From positions 64,001-128,000 of IMG/VR virus record IMGVR_UViG_3300031555_001441: a stretch of DNA of 64,000 nucleotides, one strand, 5' to 3'. The stretch's first letter is position 1, and every line of letters starts with the position of its first letter. The notes under the pieces are model-generated. The model was not told the DNA's origin, did not search any database, and saw nothing but the letters and a program-made list of their open reading frames with translations. Below are positions 48,381-57,867 of this stretch, piece after piece. The DNA comes from a virus. Its lineage: Duplodnaviria; Caudoviricetes. The position numbers and the translations under genes were made by a program.

Positions 48381-48743
48381 TTACTTATCTAAATGACACT
48401 TATAATGTTCACTGTGATCATATATGAGTGTTGGATCATCCCTTAAGCCGAATTCTGTTTTAATTCGAGGAATAAAGTTCTCAGAAATGTTCGGGTTCAT
48501 ATAGATAACAGCTCTGCCCTTGTTGTCGATATCAACACGGCCTCTTGGATAGTATTTGAAATTGTGTTTGCAGCCTTTCGGCTTGACGTAGGGCCACAGT
48601 CTTTCGTGATTGTATGTGTTGCCGGACTTTGCGATTCCCTCGGTGTAATCATCTTCTACAAACGGGAACGCTAACAGCTCGTCATCTACTATCCAGAACA
48701 CGCCGCGTCTCGTTTCTTTTGCAGCTGTTATCAATCTTTTCAT
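48381..48743 (-). CDS. Hypothetical phage protein (MKRLITAA N-terminus)
   Basis: GVFW...NHERLW...YYPRGRV...DHSEHYKC. Confidence 0.75.
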   Translation of the reverse strand: MKRLITAAKETRRGVFWIVDDELLAFPFVEDDYTEGIAKSGNTYNHERLWPYVKPKGCKHNFKYYPRGRVDIDNKGRAVIYMNPNISENFIPRIKTEFGLRDDPTLIYDHSEHYKCHLDK

Positions 48744-48775
48744 AAGTTACGTCTTTCTCAATTTAAACACAATCA

Positions 48776-49007
48776 AATCATCTCAAGGCTACCACTCCGC
48801 ATCTACTCGCAAGCTCTAAATAAGATACTCACTTGCTCCTAGCTCGAAAGCTTTTCCTACCTCCTCGAAGTTGGGCTGATATTTCGCCTACAGACCAGTT
48901 CTCTTAAGAGTTTACAACCGTGTCTCCCTTCGGTGAGCTCTTTCTTTCTCATCAATTCGGACTCTCGATCTCTGACCTTCGCTTACTATATAAACCTCGA
49001 GATGATT
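48776..49007 (-). ncRNA. Structured RNA candidate, ~230 nt
   Basis: Closing stem AATCATCTCAAGG / CCTCGAGATGATT (U.G on the minus strand); no credible ORF. Confidence 0.5.
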
Positions 49008-49193
49008 AACCACGGAACTTTTCACGCCTGCTCCTGCATCGTAGGTAGCATCCGTTTCAATTCTATAAACCCCAGCGTAGGGTGGCAATATATTTTGACA
49101 TGCCGTACTCGTGCTACGCACATACCAGTGAATTTACGGTATATATCATTTCAACCGAAGGCTTCACCCTGCTAACTTAATGGGACTAATCCC

Positions 49194-49267
49194 TGGAGCA
49201 GATACGGAGAATCGAACTCCGACGATGAGATTGGAAATCTCAGGTTCTACCATTAAACTACATCTGC
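49194..49267 (-). tRNA. tRNA-Gly(UCC)
   Basis: Cloverleaf; UGAGA-UUUCCAA-UCUCA; CCA encoded. Confidence 0.93.
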
Positions 49268-49407
49268 ATATTGAATCTGAAGAAAGAATATAAGTTATTC
49301 CTAATCAACACAACGACTATTAAAACGCACGTGCTCACGATGTATTATATAGGTTTCTCAAAGCCACTCTGCAGAGTGATATTTTTCGTCTCTCAATCTT
49401 CAGATTT

Positions 49408-49535
49408 TGGTGCACTCTACAAGATTCGAACTTGTCTAAACTGTCTGTAGCTTCTTCTACATATCAGCTCTTAGTTTCAGGCATCAAGAAGTATTGCCTT
49501 AGACCTTAGTGTTCTTCCAAATGAACTAAGAGTGC
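49408..49535 (-). ncRNA. tRNA-like RNA with expanded anticodon domain, 128 nt
   Basis: Perfect acceptor GCACUCU/AGAGUGC-ACCA, D arm and T arm ACAAG-UUCGAAU-CUUGU; ~75 nt between D and T arms. Confidence 0.75.
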
Positions 49536-49719
49536 AGAATTGAGCCTCAGGGCGTCCCCATGTTGGCTCAGTGACAGTTGTGGTGTTCAGTCACTTCGAG
49601 TCAGTAGACTGTCAACTACTTAGCACAACTTTTAAGGATGAAGTTTGTGCCTTATCATAACCGCCCGTGTCGTAGGTCGCCCGCCACCTTTTTTGAACAT
49701 GAGGCATGGAAGCTTCCTC

Positions 49720-49788
49720 AGCTAACAATGAGAGTCTAACTCATGTCTTCACCCCGAAGGGTCGCACTCCACGTTGTGCTATGTTAGC
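49720..49788 (-). ncRNA. tRNA-like RNA with a UUCG tetraloop in place of the anticodon loop
   Basis: Acceptor GCUAACA/UGUUAGC; D arm GCAC/GUGC; ACCC-UUCG-GGGU; T arm AUGAG-UUAGACU-CUCAU. Confidence 0.7.
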
Positions 49789-49797
49789 ATATTAAGT

Positions 49798-49937
49798 TGA
49801 TGCAGGTAAGGATTTCCACCTTACATGAGCAAGTCTAAGTACACGATTTGACATTTTGTGGAATTACACCTCTACGGGTACCGCAATCTTACTATCTCTA
49901 CTCTTGTTCAAGCGTCTACGTATTCCGCCACTGCATC
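49798..49937 (-). ncRNA. tRNA-like RNA with expanded anticodon domain, 140 nt
   Basis: Acceptor GAUGCAG/CUGCAUC; Leu-like D arm GGCGGAAUACGUAGACGC; T-like arm GUAAGG-UGGAAAU-CCUUAC. Confidence 0.7.
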
Positions 49938-50046
49938 TGAGAGCCTAGACCTATATCACTCTCCGGTCCTCTGCAAGCTCTTTGAGGACTTTATCCGTTT
50001 CTGCGCGCATCCGACGAATACACTCGGACATTTCTAAATTGAATTG

Positions 50047-50161
50047 TAGGCTGTTCATCAAACTCCATTTAACATGTACTGCTGCTCTATCCGATTTACG
50101 CTCAGGAACCTCCTGCATCTCGTCAAATACCGCTTACGATTCGGAAGCTTCGTAGCACCTA
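50047..50161 (-). ncRNA. ~110-nt RNA family, copy B
   Basis: UAGGUGCUACGAAGC...GCAGCAG...UAAAUGGAG...GAUGAACAGCCUA. Confidence 0.65.
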
Positions 50162-50328
50162 CAACTCTTGTTGTTTCTTCCCTGTGTCGTAGAGAACACA
50201 CGCCTTTCACTGTAGTAGAAAAAGTAATTACTGCACGCTCGATTCTACCGTACTGACATAACGACCAAAAATGTTATGGAAATTTATTGGATCTCAGTAA
50301 CTTGGAACGTCATTACCGAGAAGCGGTC

Positions 50329-50403
50329 TGGCTGAGGTAGCTGGATTTGAACCAGCGATGCAGGAGTCAAAGTCCTGTGTCTTGACCACTTGACTATACC
50401 CCA
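50329..50403 (-). tRNA. tRNA-Gln(UUG)
   Basis: Cloverleaf; CAGGA-CUUUGAC-UCCUG; CCA encoded. Confidence 0.95.
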
Positions 50404-50422
50404 ATATTTTGCAAGATTATAA

Positions 50423-50598
50423 TGGTTGTGAAGGTTGGACTTGAACCAACTTAATAACGTGCCTACATGTTATCGGCGTTGTGATTTCAATCACTTCAAG
50501 AAGCAGTTTCTTACCTTACTCGAGATATTCTCAGTCTTACTTCTAACGTTGTCAGCGGAACATGCACCCGCCCGACTCGACCCTTCGCCTTCTTCACT
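50423..50598 (-). ncRNA. tRNA-like RNA with expanded central domain, ~175 nt
   Basis: GUGAAG/CUUCAC acceptor, 3' ACCA, T arm GUUGG-UUCAAGU-CCAAC; central GUGC-AUGUU...AACAU-GCAC helix. Confidence 0.65.
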
Positions 50599-50613
50599 AT
50601 ATCTTTTTAAACT

Positions 50614-50682
50614 AGGATTGTGTGAGAGTCGAACTCACTCCTGCAGTTTCTGAGGCTGCTGTGCGCCGTACACCATCGCTCC
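50614..50682 (-). pseudogene. Degenerate tRNA (apparent CAG anticodon)
   Basis: D, anticodon and T arms recognisable; three mismatches in the acceptor stem; no long variable arm. Confidence 0.5.
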
Positions 50683-50752
50683 ATATAGATTGTACTTTCT
50701 TACTTACGTAGAAGAAACTTTTAAGAAGACGGATACATACTAAAAGCTTAAT

Positions 50753-51904
50753 ATGGAGTTGGCAGTCTTTCCCACTGACTGCCTGAGACTCTATCTCTCA
50801 TCACAGTCCTCTGTCACATTACTGTGCTCTTCGGCTTTTACCTCCACTAACGGAGGCGAGAGTCTCCCTGACATCCTTAGTACTTGCACAATCTGGCTTC
50901 ACTTAATAGGAACATCGCTACGTTTCAGGTATAAGTACCAACAGCTTCGCCTCCCTCCGCAGGGACTTCCTCTGGACTCAGACCAGACTTTCCACCATTG
51001 AATACATACGATGCTATTCCATGTCGCATCCTATTTAAGTATATCGGAGTTTCACCGACACCTTACGAGAATCCGAACCCACCAATTCTCTGAGTACTAC
51101 TGGCTCGCTTTAGTAATGCGATGCCTGACTGTTCCGAAGTTCGTCCGCAACTGTCTGAGTTTAACGGGCTATTTCTCCTTACTGAATCCTGAGACTCGGA
51201 TTGATTACCGAGGAGAGATTCAACGGCTCTTTTTGTGCCGAAGTCTCTATTAACCTTCGGCTAAATTCCTCTCTTCGAAAATCTCTGCGCAGATAAGAGG
51301 AATACTTTAGGATGTAGTGGCAACCTCACTTTACTATAATCCACTACGTTACTCGAAGTACCTCTCCGAATTTTTCGGCTTTCGCTAATCCAGTCTTACA
51401 ACCTCGTACCTATTTACGGAGATACGCTGACCGAAGGTTTTAGTTAGAATAAGTGTAGCACCAACCTCATTTGTGAAACTTGCTACCTACGGAGATACTT
51501 TTGCGCATTTCACGCATCCATCACCGTTCTTAGATCACTATCGTGTCTAAAGGTTGTTGATCTTAACTGGTACCTGAACCCACGAGTACCTTGGCGTTGT
51601 TGCACGCGTGTCCATCATTCAAGATATAACGGGCGACGTCCTTCCCGATCACGTATCATCGCTTTGATCAGAAGCGACTTCGAGATCAGCACCACTATTC
51701 ATCTGAGGTAGATTTAATTCATCAACCACTTATCTGACTCTACGACCTTGTACTTCGGTGGTCATGCACCTTCAGATCTCACTTTATTTCGAGCCTGTGA
51801 GCAGGACTTGGTGTGGAGAGCCTTTCTGTAGATACTTTCATGTGACTTTTTCACCTTTAGAGCGTACTCGCGAATACGACATCTTCAAGCTTCTCTAACT
51901 CCAC
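50753..51904 (-). ncRNA. Large structured non-coding RNA candidate, ~1.15 kb
   Basis: No minus-strand ORF of 60 aa or more; ends pair (UGGAGUU/AACUCCA); many hairpins and long-range helices; begins right after tRNA-Leu CCA. Confidence 0.75.
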
Positions 51905-51988
51905 TGGTGCACCTGGAGAGACTTGAACTCTCACCCATCTTGGACTGGACCCTAAAACCAGCGCGTCTGCCATTTCCGCCACAGATGC
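51905..51988 (-). tRNA. tRNA-Leu(UAG)
   Basis: Cloverleaf with variable arm; anticodon loop UUUAGGG; CCA encoded. Confidence 0.9.
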
Positions 51989-51999
51989 ATGTATTATAT

Positions 52000-52100
52000 C
52001 AGGCTGTTCATCCCACTCCATTTACCACTGCTGCTGCGTCCATTTACTCCGTTCCAGAAAGCTATTAAGGCGATCTGCGGTATAGGCTTCGTGGCACCTG
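52000..52100 (-). ncRNA. ~110-nt RNA family, copy C
   Basis: CAGGUGCCACGAAGC...GCAGCAG...UAAAUGGAG...GAUGAACAGCCUG. Confidence 0.65.
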
Positions 52101-52107
52101 ATATATT

Positions 52108-52183
52108 TGATTTTTACAAGTATATTATAAGCCCTACTGATTATGTCAGTATTATATATTTATTAAATTTTTATAAATTTTAG
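52108..52183 (-). promoter_or_regulatory. Dispersed promoter-like repeat, copy 2, heading the RNA island
   Basis: Near identity to copies 1 and 3. Confidence 0.75.
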
Positions 52184-52220
52184 AGATAAATACTAATAAA
52201 ATCTGTATCTTTCTCAATTA

Positions 52221-52409
52221 TTAAAGGTCCAACGCAGATCTGATTGATGTCAATTGATTCTCAAATTCTTTCTGATACTTATCTCGTAAACAATTAAGTT
52301 CAGAAATGTACTGTGATCTTAATTCTTTGAATATGTCCATGGAATGTTTAAGTTCAACTGCTTTTTGAATCACTTCCGAATCGCATCCGATGATCTTGTA
52401 TTCTGCCAC
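52221..52409 (-). CDS. Small hypothetical protein
   Basis: GTG start with AGGAG RBS. Confidence 0.55.
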   Translation of the reverse strand: MAEYKIIGCDSEVIQKAVELKHSMDIFKELRSQYISELNCLRDKYQKEFENQLTSIRSALDL

Positions 52410-52428
52410 TTGAGTCTGTCTCCTACTG

Positions 52429-52809
52429 TTAATATCTTTGAATCAGTTCAAATCCGTGTTTATTGCAGACATCTTCGACTGCTGCTTTCTGACATAACGC
52501 AATCGTTCTGAGATCTGAAGCTACTACGATTCCTTTAGCATCTAGTAATATATAACGATCTCGAGTGCTATTGTACAGCACGATATACTTAGAAATCAAA
52601 GTAGAATTTCTGTAAGTCCGCATTGAAAAGAGACCTTTTTCAATTTTACTCTGGTCTGCCGGATCAAAATCAAGTACTGGAAATTTCTGATGTACTAAGA
52701 TGCACTTTCCTTGTGCCGGAACTTCTTTCTGTAGATTTACAGAAGAGCCCATTAGTAACATGTATCGATCAGATCCTGTATCTTTTGCAAGTACTCTTTC
52801 GGGTGTCAT
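52429..52809 (-). CDS. Hypothetical protein
   Basis: ORF with AGGAG RBS. Confidence 0.65.
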   Translation of the reverse strand: MTPERVLAKDTGSDRYMLLMGSSVNLQKEVPAQGKCILVHQKFPVLDFDPADQSKIEKGLFSMRTYRNSTLISKYIVLYNSTRDRYILLDAKGIVVASDLRTIALCQKAAVEDVCNKHGFELIQRY

Positions 52810-53004
52810 AGTGTGTATCTCCTATATTCCTAATATATTGGCGAGTATCTGTTCTTTTCCATATACGCCATTATTGATAAGCTCATGTTTGAATCGTTCG
52901 TAGTCCTGCCAAGTTGCTTTTCGATGCTGTCGTTTCAGCTGTTCTTTGTACTTCTGAGCACGAGCTAATATTTCATCGGCAATAGTAGAATCTGATAACA
53001 TCTC

Positions 53005-54822
53005 TCATCCTCCTATTTCTATCATTTTAGCTTCAAGCTGCTCAAGTGTTGGAACTTTAACACCGGCAAATATCATCTGAATATCCTTCATATTCAATAA
53101 CGATTCGAAGACTTTGTCGATATTTATATCGTCAAGATGATCAAACGAGTCGTCTATCATAACAAGTTTCAGAGGACACTCGGCAAACTTGATGATAGAA
53201 ATGAGGAGAGCAAGATTAAACAAGCATTTCTCTCCAGAAGATAACATATCATAAGGGACATAACCTAAAGGGAAAGTTAGACCGTAAGAGAAACTATTCG
53301 ATTTACCTTCTGTAACAAACGTGATTGATACATCGTCACCGAAGAATTTTTGAATGATAGGTTTCATGTCGTTAATGAGTACGTCAAATGGATTTGTACC
53401 TGAATTGTGACTCTGTAATCCATTGACACTTGTGAGTTTGTCCCACACCTTATATGCATCTAACAGATTTGAAACCTCAAACTTCTGTTTGGTCATTGTA
53501 TCAATAAGATTTGTATACTGTTCATTTGCAATGACTTTCGCCTGCAGGTCAGACAGCTCAGCGAGTCTATTATTCCAGTAACTTACATCGATATCAAGAT
53601 CTGTCAATCCTTCCGGCAGTTTCAGAAGAGTAGCTTTGAGTGCATCACGTCTTTCATATCTGTGTTTGATATCAAGCTGTTTAGCTGATGCTTCTTGAAA
53701 CTTCGACGCGATGTCACGTCGAGATGTTTCAAAGTTGTTTAGATCTGAACTGCATTTATCGAATTCATCCTGCTTAGCTTTCAGCTGCATTCTAGTGTCT
53801 TCAATCATGTTACGAACGGATTCACACTCAGTCTTGGTATACGGGCAAACTCCAGAACTGTTAGCAACATCCGTCAACTTCAAAATATCAGCGCTAAGCT
53901 GATTATATTTAGTACGAAGCGGTTCAATTTCAGCGTCTATTTGTTTAGCTTGCACTGCAAGATCAGCTCGGGCAGACTCTAGCTCTACGTAGTACGGATC
54001 AAGTTCTGCAGTTTCGACAGTACCTGCATACTTACAGAGCTCTTCATTTACTTTAGCATTTGCAGACACTATTGCATTGTATTCAACTGCAACTTTCTGC
54101 TTAACACGAGCGTCTGTAATATCTTGTGCAAGTTGTAACTTATCTACACCGGCTGCGTCTTCATAGTAAATGAGAGACTGAACGGTGGATGTAATTCTCT
54201 GAAGTTCTGATTTTGTTACCGATGTGAGCATTTTGAATCGTTCGTTTGCACTACGGATTTCGTCTACACCTGATAGATTGAATCCGTTGATTGCATCTAT
54301 AGTTTCCGCTATATCCTTGTCCGATACTGTGATATTGTTTTCTTCGAGACACTGACGTAATTCTGTTTCCCAATCTGTATGGAACTCCGCTGACGGTAGG
54401 AAGTTAATGAACCAGTCTTTCAGCTTGTTTGCAGTCATACCGACAAACTCAGTGAAGTTGAATATCGGCAACTCTATGGATCTCAAAATGACTTCAATAT
54501 TGTATGAACCAGGCTGCACTGATATCGAAGGAAGAATGTTTGTTCCGGAACGTATCCATTCACGTGTGACTGTTACTTCAGTTCCGTTGTCATCCAGAAG
54601 AAGCGTGATGCTCAAGAGACGCGACGACGCATGTGCAAAGATAGCAGATTTATTCTTATCAGTTCCCGGAATGTATCCAAGAAGTGCAAGCTGAATGGCT
54701 TGAAGCACTGTTGATTTGCCAGCACCATTCTGTCCATGCAGATAGTTGAAGTTCTGATCAAACTTATATGTCTTTCTGGCTACATTGTGCAGACCTTCAA
54801 TTGTTACTGATTTGATATACAT
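53005..54822 (-). CDS. Rad50/SbcC-like SMC ATPase
   Basis: GQNGAGKST, coiled coil with central CPYTKTEC hook, LSSGEK signature, VMIDD. Confidence 0.88.
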   Translation of the reverse strand: MYIKSVTIEGLHNVARKTYKFDQNFNYLHGQNGAGKSTVLQAIQLALLGYIPGTDKNKSAIFAHASSRLLSITLLLDDNGTEVTVTREWIRSGTNILPSISVQPGSYNIEVILRSIELPIFNFTEFVGMTANKLKDWFINFLPSAEFHTDWETELRQCLEENNITVSDKDIAETIDAINGFNLSGVDEIRSANERFKMLTSVTKSELQRITSTVQSLIYYEDAAGVDKLQLAQDITDARVKQKVAVEYNAIVSANAKVNEELCKYAGTVETAELDPYYVELESARADLAVQAKQIDAEIEPLRTKYNQLSADILKLTDVANSSGVCPYTKTECESVRNMIEDTRMQLKAKQDEFDKCSSDLNNFETSRRDIASKFQEASAKQLDIKHRYERRDALKATLLKLPEGLTDLDIDVSYWNNRLAELSDLQAKVIANEQYTNLIDTMTKQKFEVSNLLDAYKVWDKLTSVNGLQSHNSGTNPFDVLINDMKPIIQKFFGDDVSITFVTEGKSNSFSYGLTFPLGYVPYDMLSSGEKCLFNLALLISIIKFAECPLKLVMIDDSFDHLDDINIDKVFESLLNMKDIQMIFAGVKVPTLEQLEAKMIEIGG

Positions 54823-54874
54823 TTGTTTTACTCCTTATATTTATTTACATGTTCAATAACGATTCATGAAAAAC

Positions 54875-55276
54875 TTATCTAATACGTCTCCAGCGACGTT
54901 GTTTCTGCATAAAGGAGAATTCATATGCATACATTCCTGGAATCAAAATATGAGGTTTCAATATTACTTGTCCTGACAACAATATGCTTTGAATCAAGTT
55001 TGGGAAATGTTCTATGATAACATGATCCTGGACTCGCTGTAGATCTGCGCTCTTTCGACGATGCACGTTAGGATATACGTTGGTATCAGGCAACACAGAT
55101 ATCAGACATCTATCTTCATACTCTGCAATACTAACTACGATTGCAACTCTATTTCGCTTTGAATCTATATGATACGCAATACTGCGCAGCACATCAGCCG
55201 TCATTTTCGAATGATAATTGTTCTTGTTCATATTCATATAAATCTCCTGTCCATATATAAAGATGACGTTTGGCAC
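54875..55276 (-). CDS. Hypothetical protein (start uncertain)
   Basis: ORF overlapping the helicase end. Confidence 0.5.
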   Translation of the reverse strand: MPNVIFIYGQEIYMNMNKNNYHSKMTADVLRSIAYHIDSKRNRVAIVVSIAEYEDRCLISVLPDTNVYPNVHRRKSADLQRVQDHVIIEHFPNLIQSILLSGQVILKPHILIPGMYAYEFSFMQKQRRWRRIR

Positions 55277-56828
55277 GTGTTATACCTACATAATAAAGAT
55301 TGAGGTTTTCTTCATTAGTTAATCGAAACGATTTACCTCCTACATTCAGTAACATCACTGAATCATATTCAAGACCCTTCACTGAATGAATAGTTCCTAC
55401 ATAAATATCTGCAAGGGCAATATCAGTCGCATCATCTTGAGCATACATCTCTAATAGCTTGTCTAACAGCTCTGATCTTCTATGAATCTCAACGTCGCTA
55501 GGAAGACGCTTTGGACCTATATGTTCAACAAATTTGTGCATGTCATACTGCGATTTGATGCTCATGAGTTCTTGTTTGTAGTTACAAAGTAGTTCTACTG
55601 TATCAACAAGATAATCAGCTTCCCACGATCTTACAAAGTCTGTTACAAACTCATCAAATGTAAGCTTGTGTTCATATATCCGATGAATATATTTAAGATA
55701 AGTTCCAGCTCGCAGTTTACTAGCCAACCATGTTATGGCATACTCTGGATCTTTCAGTGATCTGATAATAGCTGCAGTTTGATTAGCTTCCGAATCTTTT
55801 AACGTGATAGGAATGTTGAGAGATTTCATCAAATTTGCAATTTGTTGAACTTCGGAATTTGTCCTAACTAAAATTGCACATGTTCCTCCGTTATTGACGT
55901 GAAAACGATTACAATCAATCAGTATTTGCTTCAACGTATCTAATTGATCATAATGTGTGCAAAACACAGGATCACCTTCGACACATGAATTTATCTTGAC
56001 ACGGTAACTTTCTTCACCGTGTTCACTGTTATGATTTGCAAAATCACAGATCTGCGATGTTGACCGATAATTATAAGTGAGTTTCACTTTGTACCAATTG
56101 TTATCATCTGCAAGATTCTTAACAATAGATGAATCGGCACCTCTGAACGCATATATAGCTTGCAATGCGTCAGCAACTACAAATAACTTAGATGTTTGAA
56201 ATGACGATACAAACTCCCACTGTTTCGGATCTGTATCCTGAAATTCATCTACAAATATGTATTCGTATTTCGCTTTATATTTCTGAATACAACTCGCGTC
56301 TTCTACAAACAGTTTACATACATCATAGCACATTATATCAAACGTGATAAGATTTCTGTTCAACAGAATTCTCTTTGTTGCTTTATGTAGTGTACTTCGT
56401 ATAAATTCTGATGCTATTTGAAGTTTCTTCTCTGATAATTTGATTCCAGACTGCTCGGCAGCCATTTTTGAAATCTCTTTCATCTCAGCTTCGGTTGCAA
56501 TGTCAGGTACAGTACCATAACCAATCGCTTCTCTGACAATAGAATCTGATGCTATCAATGAATAACAGAAGCTATGAAATGTTCTAAAATTTGGAAATGT
56601 TGGATTATCTTGATCTTTTCTTCGATTGAGGTATCGAGTTTGCATTTCAAATGCGGCCGCATTAGTAAAAGTTAATACTAACATAGCCGAAGGTGAAACA
56701 CCATCATTGACAAGTCTCAATATTCGTTCTATCATACAGTGTGTTTTACCACAACCGGCTCCGGCTAAACAAAGTATCTTATCATTATTAGTGTAAACAG
56801 CTTCTCTCTGTTCTTTGTTTAATTCCAT
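55194..56828 (-). CDS. UvrD/PcrA-like SF1 helicase
   Basis: AGAGCGKT, LTFTNAAA, TFHSF, VDEFQD, QAIYAFRGA, NYRS, TIHSVKGLE, YVGITRAK. Confidence 0.95.
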   Translation of the reverse strand: MELNKEQREAVYTNNDKILCLAGAGCGKTHCMIERILRLVNDGVSPSAMLVLTFTNAAAFEMQTRYLNRRKDQDNPTFPNFRTFHSFCYSLIASDSIVREAIGYGTVPDIATEAEMKEISKMAAEQSGIKLSEKKLQIASEFIRSTLHKATKRILLNRNLITFDIMCYDVCKLFVEDASCIQKYKAKYEYIFVDEFQDTDPKQWEFVSSFQTSKLFVVADALQAIYAFRGADSSIVKNLADDNNWYKVKLTYNYRSTSQICDFANHNSEHGEESYRVKINSCVEGDPVFCTHYDQLDTLKQILIDCNRFHVNNGGTCAILVRTNSEVQQIANLMKSLNIPITLKDSEANQTAAIIRSLKDPEYAITWLASKLRAGTYLKYIHRIYEHKLTFDEFVTDFVRSWEADYLVDTVELLCNYKQELMSIKSQYDMHKFVEHIGPKRLPSDVEIHRRSELLDKLLEMYAQDDATDIALADIYVGTIHSVKGLEYDSVMLLNVGGKSFRLTNEENLNLYYVGITRAKRHLYIWTGDLYEYEQEQLSFENDG

Positions 56829-56910
56829 GTTTGATCTCCTCAGTTATAAAAAAAATAAGAACATGTATATCTTAACGATGTACATGTTCTATAACGATTC
56901 TTACTCTTGA

Positions 56911-57867
56911 TCAGATACCTCGAACGTCAACTGCGTCAACTGTGCTCTTATTCATATTTATATTGTACTTCGCTGATGAGAAATCATATCCGTCATCTTC
57001 ATTCCAGTACACTATATCGGATTCGTCAACATGAAGTGTTATCTTGGCCTTCAGCTGATATCGACCTTTTATTGCTGGGATGTAAGGCAGAAGCAGCTCA
57101 TCAACAGCTTCAATGACAGATGTGTTGTCCATCAGCTCGAATTCAGGATAATTCTCAGATATCCATCTCCATCCCCTATCTGTTTGAGCTGCCCAATCAG
57201 TGGATTCATATTCCCACTCATCAGCGTTCCTTACGGCTATGATAGTGTCAATGTTGATCTCAAATTCTTCTTCAGTGTTGAAAATCTCTTCAGGTTCTTC
57301 AGGATCTTCTGGACCAAGCTCATATGGATTCCACATGAATTCTTGCGCAGCATTAACATCGTTTGTATAATTATAATATCTGCGATATTCAGCTACAGCT
57401 TCGTTGACCACCTGCGGTATGTACTTGTCAATATCTGATGGCTTCTTTATCTTGCGCATATCGATATTAAACGATACAGAAATTTCAGATTCATCGTCAT
57501 TAACATCAAAGTCAACTACAACTCGGTTGTAATCTACTATGTAGATGTCCCTCATCTGTACCCATACGTCTTCGTCTTTTCTCAATTCATCTGAAATTCT
57601 TGATGCAACTTTATCACCGAATTCCATCAATTCTTCAGTAGTAAAATACTGATATGGATCTATGTCATAAGCTCCGCCGTAATTTCTGCGAGCTGCGGTG
57701 ATAGGTTCATTTGATTCAGCTTCGGAAGTAGTTGCGTGACCACGTTTCTTCATATCGTCATACACGAATTGAATACTGTCTCGCAACAGCTTATGAAAAT
57801 CTAGTTCATCAACTCGTCTATCAAATTCTTCATCAGAAAGTGAAGTATGTAACACATATTCTTTCAT
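56911..57867 (-). CDS. Acidic hypothetical protein, possible internal virion protein
   Basis: Acidic 318-aa ORF with internal PITAA and DVNAA motifs. Confidence 0.7.
   Translation of the reverse strand: MKEYVLHTSLSDEEFDRRVDELDFHKLLRDSIQFVYDDMKKRGHATTSEAESNEPITAARRNYGGAYDIDPYQYFTTEELMEFGDKVASRISDELRKDEDVWVQMRDIYIVDYNRVVVDFDVNDDESEISVSFNIDMRKIKKPSDIDKYIPQVVNEAVAEYRRYYNYTNDVNAAQEFMWNPYELGPEDPEEPEEIFNTEEEFEINIDTIIAVRNADEWEYESTDWAAQTDRGWRWISENYPEFELMDNTSVIEAVDELLLPYIPAIKGRYQLKAKITLHVDESDIVYWNEDDGYDFSSAKYNINMNKSTVDAVDVRGI

Noticed and set aside
50614-50682. Suppressor tRNA (UCA) and stop-codon recoding
   Set aside because: The anticodon stem centres on CAG, not UCA; genes read intact in the standard code.
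50753-51904. RNase P RNA, tmRNA or group II intron
   Set aside because: GGAAAGUC-like words occur, but I found no matching RNase P 3' consensus, no tRNA-Ala-like ends, and no GUGYG start or domain V.
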